From Lachnospiraceae bacterium (GTDB taxonomy: Bacteria > Bacillota > Clostridia > Lachnospirales > Lachnospiraceae), in contig JAZRXQ010000153.1 in NCBI GenBank assembly GCA_045600305.1, positions 1 through 47,706 of the forward strand: DNA of 47,706 nt, given 5' to 3'. Below are positions 35,303 through 44,463 of the stretch, in pieces. The stretch's first letter is position 1; each line of letters starts with the position of its first letter. The translations under genes were made by a program, and so were the position numbers. The notes beneath the pieces were generated by a model. It searched no databases. It was not told where the DNA came from and was given only the letters and a program-made list of their open reading frames with translations.

Positions 35303-36404
35303 AAGAAATCTGTCTTGAAACTCCTAATACCAGTCCCATTTCCATTACCAATATTATTATCGATGAACCACCATAACTAATAAAAGGCAATGAAACACCT
35401 GTATTAGGTAAAATATTAGTTACAACTGCTATATTTAAGACTACCTGAATTGCAATCTGAGCAAAAACTCCCGCACAAATCATCGAGCCATAGAGATTTT
35501 TTGCGTTATTTGCAACTACCATTATTCTCCACAAAAGAACAGCAAATAAAAGCACCACGCAAACAGCACCAAAAAGCCCAAGCTCCTCACAAATGATTGA
35601 AAAAATCATATCATTTTCAGCTTCAGGAACACTACCTAGCTTTTGTATTCCGTTACCTAGACCTTTTCCAAATACTCCACCTGAGCCTATAGCGTAAAGT
35701 GCCTGCATAGTCTGATATCCAAGCCCCTGCACATCACTCTCAGGGTGAAGCCAAATCTGAAGTCTGTTACTTCTATAGCTCTGCAAAAAAACTGCAGCAA
35801 CTAAAGCAACAACTGCAACAACAATAAAAATTGCAAAGTGCTTCCAGTTAAAATCCGCAAGAAAAATCATAAATACACCAATTCCCATCACAATAGCAAA
35901 GGTGGTTAGATTTTCAATTGCAATAAGTGCACCAATGGGAACTAAAAGCAAAATAAGCTTGAGCTTGGTCTTTAATGTCTTAATCTGCTTGGGCATGACA
36001 GAAATATGTCTTGCCATCATAATAATTACAGTAAGCTTTGCAAGCTCAGAGGGCTGAAAGTTTAGAGGACCTATTCTAATCCATCTAGACGAACCGCCAT
36101 AGTTTGCACCATTTACAAGTACATAAACAAGCAATGCAATAGTCAAAATATATAACGTAATTCTAATAGGTTTAAGCTTGAGCCATTCAGGACCAGTGAA
36201 AATAAGAACAATCGCTGCAACCAAGCCTATTCCAATCGCAAGAGCCTGTCTCTCAACAAATCTAAAGGCATTATCAAAGCTCTCCTGTGCGCTATATGCA
36301 CTTGTACTATAGAGCATTACAAGTCCAAAGCAAACCAAAAGAATTATCATCAAAAGAAGACTGTAATCGAAATATTTAATTTTTGATTTTATCTTCCTTG
36401 CCAT
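35262..36404 (-). CDS. ftsW: SEDS-family peptidoglycan polymerase FtsW/SpoVE
   Basis: 380 aa, polytopic, with QPSELAKL, PEAENDMIFS and LPFISYGGSS motifs. Confidence 0.9.
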   Translation of the reverse strand: MARKIKSKIKYFDYSLLLMIILLVCFGLVMLYSTSAYSAQESFDNAFRFVERQALAIGIGLVAAIVLIFTGPEWLKLKPIRITLYILTIALLVYVLVNGANYGGSSRWIRIGPLNFQPSELAKLTVIIMMARHISVMPKQIKTLKTKLKLILLLVPIGALIAIENLTTFAIVMGIGVFMIFLADFNWKHFAIFIVVAVVALVAAVFLQSYRSNRLQIWLHPESDVQGLGYQTMQALYAIGSGGVFGKGLGNGIQKLGSVPEAENDMIFSIICEELGLFGAVCVVLLFAVLLWRIMVVANNAKNLYGSMICAGVFAQIAIQVVLNIAVVTNILPNTGVSLPFISYGGSSIIILVMEMGLVLGVSRQISFDRPEVDSVADSR

Positions 36405-36409
36405 AAATT

Positions 36410-37768
36410 TTACTTGTACGAATTAACTCTTTCCTTAAACAACTTTCCTCGCTGTTCATACGATTTGAACATATCCCAGCTTGCACACGCGGGCGAAAGT
36501 AAAACATTGTCACCGCTAATAGCCATCTCTCTGCACGAATCTATTGCCTCATCAAAGGTTCTTGCAAAGGAATAATTAGTAAAACCATTCTTTTCACAGC
36601 TCTCAGCGATTTTAGCTGCAGTAACTCCAATTAGAACTATATGCTTGACTCTGCCGGCAAAGGTCTTTACCCATTCATCGAAGTCACTTGCCTTGTCATA
36701 GCCACCACCAATAAGTAGCGTAGGTCCTTCCATAGCAAGAACCGCTTTGATACTGGCGTCAGGATTAGTTCCCTTTGAATCATTATAGTATCTAACACCG
36801 TCTAGTTCCCTGACAAACTCAATTCTATGCTCTACTGCAGTAAATCTCTTTAGCACACCAACTATAGTATCAAGATCAACTCCAAAGCTAAGTGTCATAG
36901 CAACCGCAGCCATAATATTTTCATAATTATGCTCCCCAAGTAAGCTCTGCTCCTTGGTTCCTATTATTCTCGTAATCTCACCATCCAGAGACGAATAGAT
37001 AACTCCGTCCTCAAGGTATATTCCATTTGAAAGCTTTCTCTTGGAACTAAAGAAAACGACATTAACTCTATCCTTTATCTCTTCACCAAAGCCACGAAGC
37101 ACCTCATCCTCATAATTTAATACGCAAGTATCTCCCTTGGTCTGATGCTTTGTAATATCCTCCTTGGCTTGAATATAGGCTTCCATGGTATGATGTCTGT
37201 TGAGGTGATCTGGAGTAATATTAAGTATAGCACTAACCTTGGGTGCAAAGGTTTGAATAGTCTCTAGCTGAAAGCTTGAAATCTCTGCTACTGTAACAGT
37301 ATCATCTGACATATTATCAACTGAAGCAGTATAAGGAATACCTATATTACCCACCACTCTGCTATCCTCGTTGTAAGCCTTCATAATATCGCCAACAAGA
37401 GTTGTCGTTGTAGTCTTGCCATTAGTTCCTGTAATAGCAATAACATCTCCCTTGGCAAATCTATAAGCCAGCTCTATCTCTCCACTTATAGTAATACCAG
37501 CATCCCTCATAGCATTAACCATAGGTATATCAGTAGGTACGCCAGGGCTTAATACAGCATAAGAAAATTCATCAAAATCAGCTACCGCACCAAGCCTTAT
37601 ATCAGCATTTTCAAGAGCCTCACTCTTTTTTCTAAGCGCATCAACATCAAGCTTTTCATTGCTGTCATTTAAGACAAATGCCACGCCATTTTTATAAAGC
37701 AATTCGCAGGCTGCTATTCCACTAATTCCTGTACCAATTACAAGTACCTTTTTTCCACCAAAATCCAT
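36410..37768 (-). CDS. murD: UDP-N-acetylmuramoylalanine--D-glutamate ligase
   Basis: VIGTGISG, ITGTNGKTTTTTL and the Mur ligase central and C-terminal domains. Confidence 0.95.
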   Translation of the reverse strand: MDFGGKKVLVIGTGISGIAACELLYKNGVAFVLNDSNEKLDVDALRKKSEALENADIRLGAVADFDEFSYAVLSPGVPTDIPMVNAMRDAGITISGEIELAYRFAKGDVIAITGTNGKTTTTTLVGDIMKAYNEDSRVVGNIGIPYTASVDNMSDDTVTVAEISSFQLETIQTFAPKVSAILNITPDHLNRHHTMEAYIQAKEDITKHQTKGDTCVLNYEDEVLRGFGEEIKDRVNVVFFSSKRKLSNGIYLEDGVIYSSLDGEITRIIGTKEQSLLGEHNYENIMAAVAMTLSFGVDLDTIVGVLKRFTAVEHRIEFVRELDGVRYYNDSKGTNPDASIKAVLAMEGPTLLIGGGYDKASDFDEWVKTFAGRVKHIVLIGVTAAKIAESCEKNGFTNYSFARTFDEAIDSCREMAISGDNVLLSPACASWDMFKSYEQRGKLFKERVNSYK

Positions 37769-37781
37769 TTTCTTCTCCTAA

Positions 37782-38762
37782 TTACCACGCAAAAGCTGCG
37801 TATGCTACCAATGACATTAAAATCGTAAAAATAGTGAATTTTCCAACAACCTGAGGCTCTGACCAGCCCTTAAGCTCATAGTGATGATGAATGGGAGCCA
37901 TTCTAAACAATCTCTTACCCTTAGTGAGCTTAAAATATCCAACCTGAAGCATTACAGAAAGTATCTCTATCCAATAAATCAAGCCAACTATAAGTATAAA
38001 TGCCGGCATCTTGAGCATATATGCCATAGAGGCAACAAATCCACCAAGCGCAAGTGAACCAGTATCTCCCATAAATACCTTTGCAGGATTTAAATTGTGG
38101 AACAAAAATCCAAATAAGGCTCCAACTACTGCCCCACCTACTACAGCAATGTCTGATCCCATCTGAATCGCAGCAACTGTAAAAAATCCAGCCACAACCG
38201 CTGTTATTGAGCTGCAAAGTCCATCAATACCATCTGAAAAATTCACACCATTAGCTGTTCCAATTACTGCTAAAAGCATAACAGGAATCGCTGCAAAACC
38301 AATATCAATAGTAAGTCCATGAGCAAATGGAACGATAATCTCCATTCCCTCTCCACTAAGCTTTAGATAGAGAAGCATTCCCACTGTAACAAGAATCTGA
38401 CAAAGCATCTTTTGCCAGGCCTTAAAGCCATCCTTATTCTTCTTAACAACCTTCAAGAAGTCATCAATAAATCCTATAAGACCATAAGCAAGCATTACTG
38501 CAATTACAGGAATAGCCTTGTAGTAGCCGCATGCAATAACAAAAATCAAGCTCGCAACTAAAACAGCGATAATAATCATAATTCCGCCCATCATGGGGGT
38601 ACCATTTTTAGACTGATGACTCTCTAGCTCCTCTCTCTCGGTATTGCCAACCTTTAGCTTTTTCAACCAGGGAATCATTATCGGTCCCAAAATAAGTACA
38701 ATTACAAAAGCAATACAAAGAGCAATTGCAGTACTATTAATCAGCATTCCATTCACTTCCAT
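37782..38762 (-). CDS. mraY: Phospho-N-acetylmuramoyl-pentapeptide transferase
   Basis: GTPMMGG, DDFLKV, NGVNFSDGIDGL, MGDTGSLALGG and APIHHHYE motifs. GGAGG lies 9 nt ahead of ATG 38762. Confidence 0.95.
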   Translation of the reverse strand: MEVNGMLINSTAIALCIAFVIVLILGPIMIPWLKKLKVGNTEREELESHQSKNGTPMMGGIMIIIAVLVASLIFVIACGYYKAIPVIAVMLAYGLIGFIDDFLKVVKKNKDGFKAWQKMLCQILVTVGMLLYLKLSGEGMEIIVPFAHGLTIDIGFAAIPVMLLAVIGTANGVNFSDGIDGLCSSITAVVAGFFTVAAIQMGSDIAVVGGAVVGALFGFLFHNLNPAKVFMGDTGSLALGGFVASMAYMLKMPAFILIVGLIYWIEILSVMLQVGYFKLTKGKRLFRMAPIHHHYELKGWSEPQVVGKFTIFTILMSLVAYAAFAW

Positions 38763-40752
38763 CTAAATCTCCCTCCAAATCGTCATCGTCACCATCTATA
38801 CCTAAATCAGGTACCGTATCTATGATTTCCACGGGCATTTTATCATGCTCTATTATATCCTCAACTGCCCAGGTCAATGTAGTCTCCTCATTGGTAGGAG
38901 CATCACTAGCAACTGGTTCATCAGGAAACATATTAAGGTATGGCAAAGCCTCCTCTAAAATCTCTCTAACCAGATTTTGAGCAAATACTGAATGTGCCTG
39001 ATCCCATACGTTTGGCTTCTCAATAACTGCATAAATAACTAATTCAGGGTCATCAGAAGGTAAAAAGCCAATAAATGAAACCAGGTAGTTATCTACATCC
39101 TTACCACCTGCAACTGAAATCTCCGCAGTACCAGTCTTGCCTCCCATGGAATAGCCCGGTACCTTTGCATACTTTCCAGTACCCGCTGCAACTACATTTT
39201 CAAGGTAGCCTCTGATTTGTTTGCTAGTCTCACTAGAAACTGTCTGCTTTATGACCTGTCCATCATTAGAAATTACAGTATTACCGTCTGAATCTACTGT
39301 TCTAGCAACAATATGCGGCTGACAGTATTCTCCATCATTCACTAGCGAGCAAAAGGCTCCAGCCAGCTGAATCATAGTCGTATTAAAGTTCTGACCAAAT
39401 GAGTTTGTCGCCAAATCGACAGTCTTCATAGTGTCCGCTGTATAAACAAGTGAATCGGTTCTAGCCTCGCCAGGTAAATCAATATTAGTCTTGAGACCAA
39501 AGCCAAAAATCTTTTGATAGGTTGTAAAATTGTCCTTGCCTATAGCGTAAGACATCTGCATCAAAGCGTCATTACAAGAGTCCATAAGCGACTTTTCAAC
39601 AGTTTCCATACCATGTCCATAAATATTTACACAGTGAATGGTATGGTTTGAAATCTCCTCAAAGCCGTCGCACTCATAGACCTCATCTCCTGCTAGCGTA
39701 CCAGTCTCAAGTCCACAAGCTACAGTAAAAGGCTTTGCAGTAGAGCCTGGCTCATAGGTGTAGCTAACACAGAAATTTTGCCATAGCCTATTAAGAGCAT
39801 CTAAAGTCTCTTCATCCGTCATTCTATCAAGCTCATCCTCTGAGTAATAGGCACTTAAATCTCTCGGATTGGTCAAATCGTAGTTGGGATAGTTAGCCAT
39901 AGCTTTGACCTGCCCAGTCTTGGGGTTCATAATCACAACTCCAATATGGTCAGCTCCTGCCTCTCCTGGTCTATATATTCCTGTATAGGTATCATTAAAT
40001 TCTTTGATTTTTTGCTCTACTATAGATTGCAAATTTGCATCAATAGTAAGAACAACCGTCTGCCCATCCTTGGCGTCCTTAACAGTTTTTTCAAGATCAT
40101 TGTCAGAATTCAGATATCCGTACTTACGTCCGTTTATCCCACTAAGCGCAGAATCATAATAGTTTTCAATACCATTAACTCCACTTCCATCCGGAGTTAT
40201 AAAGCCTATGATTGAGCTAGCAAGTGTAGAATACGGATAAGACCTCACATAGCTTTTTTCAAACCAAATACCCTTTATCCTGGCATCCTCACTCTGCATG
40301 TCCACAAAAGCCTTCATCCTGTCATATGGAAGCTGCTTTAGTAATACATTATATTGGCTATTAGGCTTATCCTTAATAATAGTCTTAACTTCATCCTGAT
40401 CAAGCTCAGGAAAACACGAAAAAAGAGCCAAAAGTGTAGGCTCCATATAACTTTCACGGGCACATAGCACTTTACAATCCAATATCAGACTATACACATC
40501 CGTACTGGTTGCTAGGACTGTTCCCCTGCAATCAACTATATCTCCCCTCCTATAGGGAATTGTCTCACTATTATACTCCTGCTGAGAAAGTACTATCTTG
40601 GTGTAGCTATCTCCTTCAGAATGCTGCAAAAAGCTAACTCTCACCATCAGCCCTATTAAGCACACGATAATGAGTACAAAAAAGACTAGAAGAGTTCTCT
40701 TCATTGAAAAAGTAAACTTCTTTTCTTTTTTCTCTCTGTTTCGAATAGCCAA
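38737..40752 (-). CDS. ftsI: Class B penicillin-binding protein (FtsI/PBP2B/SpoVD-type transpeptidase)
   Basis: N-terminal TM helix, PBP dimer domain and transpeptidase motifs STAKP, SCN (MDSCND) and KTGTA. Acidic C-terminal tail. TTG start with a GAGGTG RBS. Confidence 0.88.
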   Translation of the reverse strand: MAIRNREKKEKKFTFSMKRTLLVFFVLIIVCLIGLMVRVSFLQHSEGDSYTKIVLSQQEYNSETIPYRRGDIVDCRGTVLATSTDVYSLILDCKVLCARESYMEPTLLALFSCFPELDQDEVKTIIKDKPNSQYNVLLKQLPYDRMKAFVDMQSEDARIKGIWFEKSYVRSYPYSTLASSIIGFITPDGSGVNGIENYYDSALSGINGRKYGYLNSDNDLEKTVKDAKDGQTVVLTIDANLQSIVEQKIKEFNDTYTGIYRPGEAGADHIGVVIMNPKTGQVKAMANYPNYDLTNPRDLSAYYSEDELDRMTDEETLDALNRLWQNFCVSYTYEPGSTAKPFTVACGLETGTLAGDEVYECDGFEEISNHTIHCVNIYGHGMETVEKSLMDSCNDALMQMSYAIGKDNFTTYQKIFGFGLKTNIDLPGEARTDSLVYTADTMKTVDLATNSFGQNFNTTMIQLAGAFCSLVNDGEYCQPHIVARTVDSDGNTVISNDGQVIKQTVSSETSKQIRGYLENVVAAGTGKYAKVPGYSMGGKTGTAEISVAGGKDVDNYLVSFIGFLPSDDPELVIYAVIEKPNVWDQAHSVFAQNLVREILEEALPYLNMFPDEPVASDAPTNEETTLTWAVEDIIEHDKMPVEIIDTVPDLGIDGDDDDLEGDLDGSEWNAD

Positions 40753-40791
40753 AACTACACCTCACAAGCACCACAACATATTGTGTGCATA

Positions 40792-41265
40792 TTAATTCAC
40801 ACTACTATATTGCGTCATGTAGTCGCTTGTGTCAAGTGAATAATATACAACTTGATCTGATGAAGGATAATTCATACCTAAATTCTTAGCTGCCACAACA
40901 ACAGCATTCAAATCCGTATTGGATGTAATCCTCTTCTCATATGCATCGTTGTCAACTCTAAGATGCTCTACCTCGTCCTGTAAAATAGCTATTCTGTCAG
41001 TATATACGTTAGCATCTGTCTGAAGCTTGATAAACAAAACAGCTGCTGCGCATGTAAAGGCTATCATAACAGAAAGAAATACAACGTAACCAGGTGTCAT
41101 AGTAAGGGCTTTTTCTTGATTACGTCTAGCTATCTGACGCTTTCTTATAGCTTCTCTATCTTTTTTAGGATTAGGGCGTTCTCTTTTTACTGGCTCTGAA
41201 AAAATCTCGTTTTCAAGCTCTCTTGCAGTTGTTCCCATCTCATAATATCTATTATAATCTGTCAT
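40792..41265 (-). CDS. ftsL: Cell division protein FtsL-like
   Basis: 157 aa with a basic N-terminal region, one TM helix and a coiled-coil segment (LQDEVEHLRVDNDAYEKRI). It lies between rsmH and the PBP gene. Confidence 0.75.
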   Translation of the reverse strand: MTDYNRYYEMGTTARELENEIFSEPVKRERPNPKKDREAIRKRQIARRNQEKALTMTPGYVVFLSVMIAFTCAAAVLFIKLQTDANVYTDRIAILQDEVEHLRVDNDAYEKRITSNTDLNAVVVAAKNLGMNYPSSDQVVYYSLDTSDYMTQYSSVN

Positions 41266-41289
41266 AACGATTCCCTCTTATTCTTTCTA

Positions 41290-42234
41290 TCACTTTCTCT
41301 CGAAGATTCGAAGCTTCGCCGATTGTGACCTGGAATTTTCTAAAAGCTCCTCTTCACTTGGCAAGATAGGTTTTCTTGTAATAACCTCTCCTTTTGACAC
41401 CTTGCCACATACACACTTAGGAAAGCTAGGCGGACAGGTGCAAGGATTAGCTGCGTCTCTAAAAGCAAGCTTTACTATTCTATCCTCTAACGAATGAAAC
41501 GTTATTATACATAGTCTTCCGCCAGGATTTAACAGGTCAAGCATTGTGCTAATGCTATTCCTCAATACATCAAGCTCATGATTTACCTCTATTCTGATAG
41601 CCTGATATGTCCGCTTACTAGGATGTCCGCCTGTCTCGCGTACCTTGGCAGGAATAGCCGCTCTAATAATCTCATTGAGCTGTCCTGTTGTTTTTATGCG
41701 ACCGTTTTCTCTTGCTGCGCATATATGCTTTGCAATATTTTTAGCGAATCTATCCTCGCCGTAATCGCTTATTATTTTTGCTAGCTCACTCTGGGAATAT
41801 TCGTTGACAATTTTTTCAGCAGTAAGCACCTGCCTATTGTCCATCCTCATATCAAGAGGTGCGTCGTCCACCCTATAGGTGAAGCCTCTCTCAGGAGTAT
41901 CCAGCTGGTATGATGAAACACCTAAATCTAAAACTATTCCATCTACAGCTCTAACATCCTTATCTTCAAGCACCTGTTTAATATTTTCGTAATTAGATCT
42001 GACTGCTACGAACCTGTCTCCAAAAACTGACAAACGATTAGTCGCAGCAGCAATAGCATCCTCGTCCTGATCTATTCCAATCAGCATGCCCTTCGCACCC
42101 AATCTATCTAGAATCTGGTACGAATGACCTCCGCCGCCCATAGTGCCGTCGACATATATTCCGTTTTCCTTGACATTAAGTCCATCCACAGTCTCAAATA
42201 AGAGAACTGATTTGTGATTAAATGAAGACGACAT
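41290..42234 (-). CDS. rsmH: 16S rRNA (cytosine1402-N4)-methyltransferase RsmH
   Basis: [36 protein letters not shown] and FHSLEDR motifs. Confidence 0.95.
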   Translation of the reverse strand: MSSSFNHKSVLLFETVDGLNVKENGIYVDGTMGGGGHSYQILDRLGAKGMLIGIDQDEDAIAAATNRLSVFGDRFVAVRSNYENIKQVLEDKDVRAVDGIVLDLGVSSYQLDTPERGFTYRVDDAPLDMRMDNRQVLTAEKIVNEYSQSELAKIISDYGEDRFAKNIAKHICAARENGRIKTTGQLNEIIRAAIPAKVRETGGHPSKRTYQAIRIEVNHELDVLRNSISTMLDLLNPGGRLCIITFHSLEDRIVKLAFRDAANPCTCPPSFPKCVCGKVSKGEVITRKPILPSEEELLENSRSQSAKLRIFERK

Positions 42235-42254
42235 CCTTGTCCCTCGTTCTATCC

Positions 42255-42686
42255 CTAAATATTGATTCCAAGCTCTGCCATACTCTCTGCAACCGCATCC
42301 ATATCGTCAAAGCTGGTAGCATCCATCCATTTTTTCTTGTCCCATATCTCTACTCTTTTGAGTACTCCAACTGAGACAATATCCTTGGTAAGTCCAGCGT
42401 GCTCTCTCAAGTGAGGCGGTATGTTGATTCGTCCCTGCTTATCTACCTCGCATTGAGTAGCTCCTCCAAAGAAAAATCTCTGGAATTTTCTTGAATCCCC
42501 GGATGAATTAGAAGAACTCATAATGTTCTCCTCAAGTCTAGCCCACTCATCCATGGGATATACAAAAAGGCAGTTGTCAAAGCCACGTGTCACCATAAAG
42601 GTGTCGCCCAAGCTCTCCCTGAACTTAGCAGGTACAACACTTCGACCCTTTTCATCTATTGAATGTGTGTACTCTCCGTTGAACAA
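42255..42686 (-). CDS. mraZ: Transcriptional regulator MraZ
   Basis: (M)[22 protein letters not shown] plus a second DKQGRINIP repeat, giving the two SpoVT/AbrB-like halves. TTG start 42686 with GGAGG 11 nt upstream. Confidence 0.92.
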   Translation of the reverse strand: MFNGEYTHSIDEKGRSVVPAKFRESLGDTFMVTRGFDNCLFVYPMDEWARLEENIMSSSNSSGDSRKFQRFFFGGATQCEVDKQGRINIPPHLREHAGLTKDIVSVGVLKRVEIWDKKKWMDATSFDDMDAVAESMAELGINI

Positions 42687-42690
42687 TTAA

Positions 42691-42735
42691 CCACTTTCCT
42701 CCACTTTTCATCCACTTCTTACCACTTTCTACCAC
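42691..42735 (-). promoter_or_regulatory. Array of five direct (A)AAGTGG boxes, the putative MraZ operator
   Basis: Minus strand reads TATTAT-GTGG-tag-AAAGTGG-taag-AAGTGG-atga-AAAGTGG-agg-AAAGTGG. The plus-strand CCAC(TT) boxes start at 42691, 42701, 42712, 42722 and 42732, a 10-11-bp period. Confidence 0.6.
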
Positions 42736-42764
42736 ATAATACACCCATTTCCCAATTTTTTCAA
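42736..42764 (-). promoter_or_regulatory. Sigma-A-type promoter of the dcw operon (Pmra)
   Basis: Minus strand: TTGAAA (42764-42759), 17-nt spacer, TATTAT (42741-42736), immediately followed by the box array. Confidence 0.5.
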
Positions 42765-42786
42765 CTATTTTTTCGTATTTTTTCGC

Positions 42787-42813
42787 AAAAAAAAGCCGAC
42801 CCTATAGGTCGGC
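42787..42813 (-). terminator. Rho-independent terminator of lgt
   Basis: GCCGACC-ctata-GGTCGGC hairpin (42795-42813), followed on the minus strand by eight U (the A-run at 42787-42794). Confidence 0.8.
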
Positions 42814-42823
42814 AAAAATTAAT

Positions 42824-43756
42824 TTATTCAGTTTTATTGTTGATGCTCATTCCATCTCCACCTGCTTCAACAATCGCCTCAGCAAGCTTGTTTTGCTTGT
42901 TCTTGATGGCCGCTTTTATTCCGAATATAATGAGTAACACTGTTCCAACAACTGCGCAAATAAATCCTACAAGCTGTGAAACAGGTATAGACGAATTCGG
43001 TATCATAAGCTGATCAGTTCTAATACCTTCAACAAAAGCTCTTACATATCCGTAGCCCGTAATGTATATAAGTAGTATCTGTCCGTTGTAGCTCTTGTGG
43101 AAGAAAAAGAAAAGCATAATTCCAAGTACAACTAGATTAAGAACCGATTCATACAGGAAGGTCGGATGAACCTGGATGTAATCAATACCATTTATGTTGA
43201 CGATATTTTCTTTAATAAGCGGCGATATATCCTGAGGTCTTACCATATCAACAGGTAACTGCATGGCAAATACATTATCTGTATATTCACCAAAAACCTC
43301 TCGGTTTACAAAATTGCCCCATCGTCCAATTATCTGACCTGTTATAAGACCACTTATGGCGGTGTCAACAATAACAAAGAAGTTGACTTTTTTTATCTTG
43401 CACAGCACAATTGCCGTACCTATAGCACCTATTACCGCACCATAAATTGCGATTCCACCCTGTCTTAGGTTGAAAACCTCCAGCAAATTATCCTTGTACT
43501 GATCCCACGAGAATGCAACATAATAAATTCTCGCACAGATGACAGATACTATTATGCCCCATATACAAAGGTCATAATAAGTATCCTTTTTCTGTCCACT
43601 GGCCTTTGCTAAAGCAAGAGCAACAAAAAGTCCTCCCACCATACCAAGAGCAAGGATAATTCCGTATAGTGCTACTGGGAAATTGCCAATATTAAAGCTC
43701 TTGGGAACAAAATCAAAGTAAATTCCCAAATTAGGGAAATTAATATTATAATTCAT
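42824..43756 (-). CDS. lgt: Prolipoprotein diacylglyceryl transferase
   Basis: ALYGIILALGMVGG, ICARIYYV, GGIAIYGAVIG, GRWGNFVNREVFG and HPTFLYES motifs. Confidence 0.93.
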   Translation of the reverse strand: MNYNINFPNLGIYFDFVPKSFNIGNFPVALYGIILALGMVGGLFVALALAKASGQKKDTYYDLCIWGIIVSVICARIYYVAFSWDQYKDNLLEVFNLRQGGIAIYGAVIGAIGTAIVLCKIKKVNFFVIVDTAISGLITGQIIGRWGNFVNREVFGEYTDNVFAMQLPVDMVRPQDISPLIKENIVNINGIDYIQVHPTFLYESVLNLVVLGIMLFFFFHKSYNGQILLIYITGYGYVRAFVEGIRTDQLMIPNSSIPVSQLVGFICAVVGTVLLIIFGIKAAIKNKQNKLAEAIVEAGGDGMSINNKTE

Positions 43757-43764
43757 TGTTTACC

Positions 43765-43946
43765 TCTATTCGCAACCAATAAATTGCACCACTTCGTGGC
43801 TTCTTATTTTTAATTCGCAACCAATAAATTGTTTGCTCATATCTTAAGGTTCCACCACTTCGTGGTCCTTTATTTTTAATTCGCAACCAATAAATTGTTT
43901 GCTCATATCATAAGGAATCCTCCCACTTCGTGGGTCCCTCCTTATG
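43765..43946. repeat. Three tandem units (about 42, 66 and 74 bp), each with a conserved box ATTCGCAACCAATAAATTG and a CCAC-TTC-GTGG hairpin
   Basis: Boxes lie at 43768-43786, 43813-43831 and 43879-43897. Hairpin cores lie at 43789-43799, 43855-43865 and 43922-43934. Units 2 and 3 share an identical 36-nt stretch (TTTTAATTCGCAACCAATAAATTGTTTGCTCATATC). Confidence 0.85.
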
Positions 43947-44448
43947 ATTTACCACAACACACCTTATACTTTTTACCGCTTCCACAAGGGCAGGGATCAT
44001 TACGTCCTACTTTTTTGCCTTCACGACGTACAGTTCCTGATTTTTTCTGAGTTAAATAAAGCTCATGACGCTTTTCCTCATCAAAAATCTCATTCCACTG
44101 AGGAAGGTTGTATAACCAGTCAGCCTTGGCATCAACCATGTTCATATAGAGCTTTTCTTTGTCAAATTTAAGTGAAACCTCTGTATCCTCTTCCATTGTA
44201 TCAATAGGATTAGGATTAACCAAGCTGTCATTAATTCCATCTAAAAAACCTGTCATCTCAAAAACAGAGATGCCGTATTTTTCTGCCAGCTCCTTAACAG
44301 TTCCCTTAACCTCTGTATCAGGCTCTGCTAATAATTTCTCATAAATGCCCTTCTCAAGCATAAAATAATTATTCCAAAATGCCTCAAGCTTCTTGGGCTC
44401 AATGTTCTCGTTATAGGCTGAATCGCGCCACTCCTTTAATAATGCCAT
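43942..44448 (-). CDS. SEC-C metal-binding motif protein (YecA-like), function unknown
   Basis: C-terminal [23 protein letters not shown] zinc motif, with an AAGGAG RBS. Confidence 0.75.
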   Translation of the reverse strand: MALLKEWRDSAYNENIEPKKLEAFWNNYFMLEKGIYEKLLAEPDTEVKGTVKELAEKYGISVFEMTGFLDGINDSLVNPNPIDTMEEDTEVSLKFDKEKLYMNMVDAKADWLYNLPQWNEIFDEEKRHELYLTQKKSGTVRREGKKVGRNDPCPCGSGKKYKVCCGKS

Positions 44449-44463
44449 GTTAAAAAATCTCCT

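Noticed and set aside
42663-43013. Plus-strand ORF 42663-43013 spanning the mraZ-lgt spacer, and ORF 44436-44657(-) overlapping metA
   Set aside because: Each crosses a terminator or promoter, or lies out of frame inside a well-supported gene. They are low-complexity translations and spurious.
43765-43946. CRISPR array
   Set aside because: The units are directly contiguous, there are no unique spacers of constant length, only three copies exist and there are no cas genes. This is a tandem repeat.
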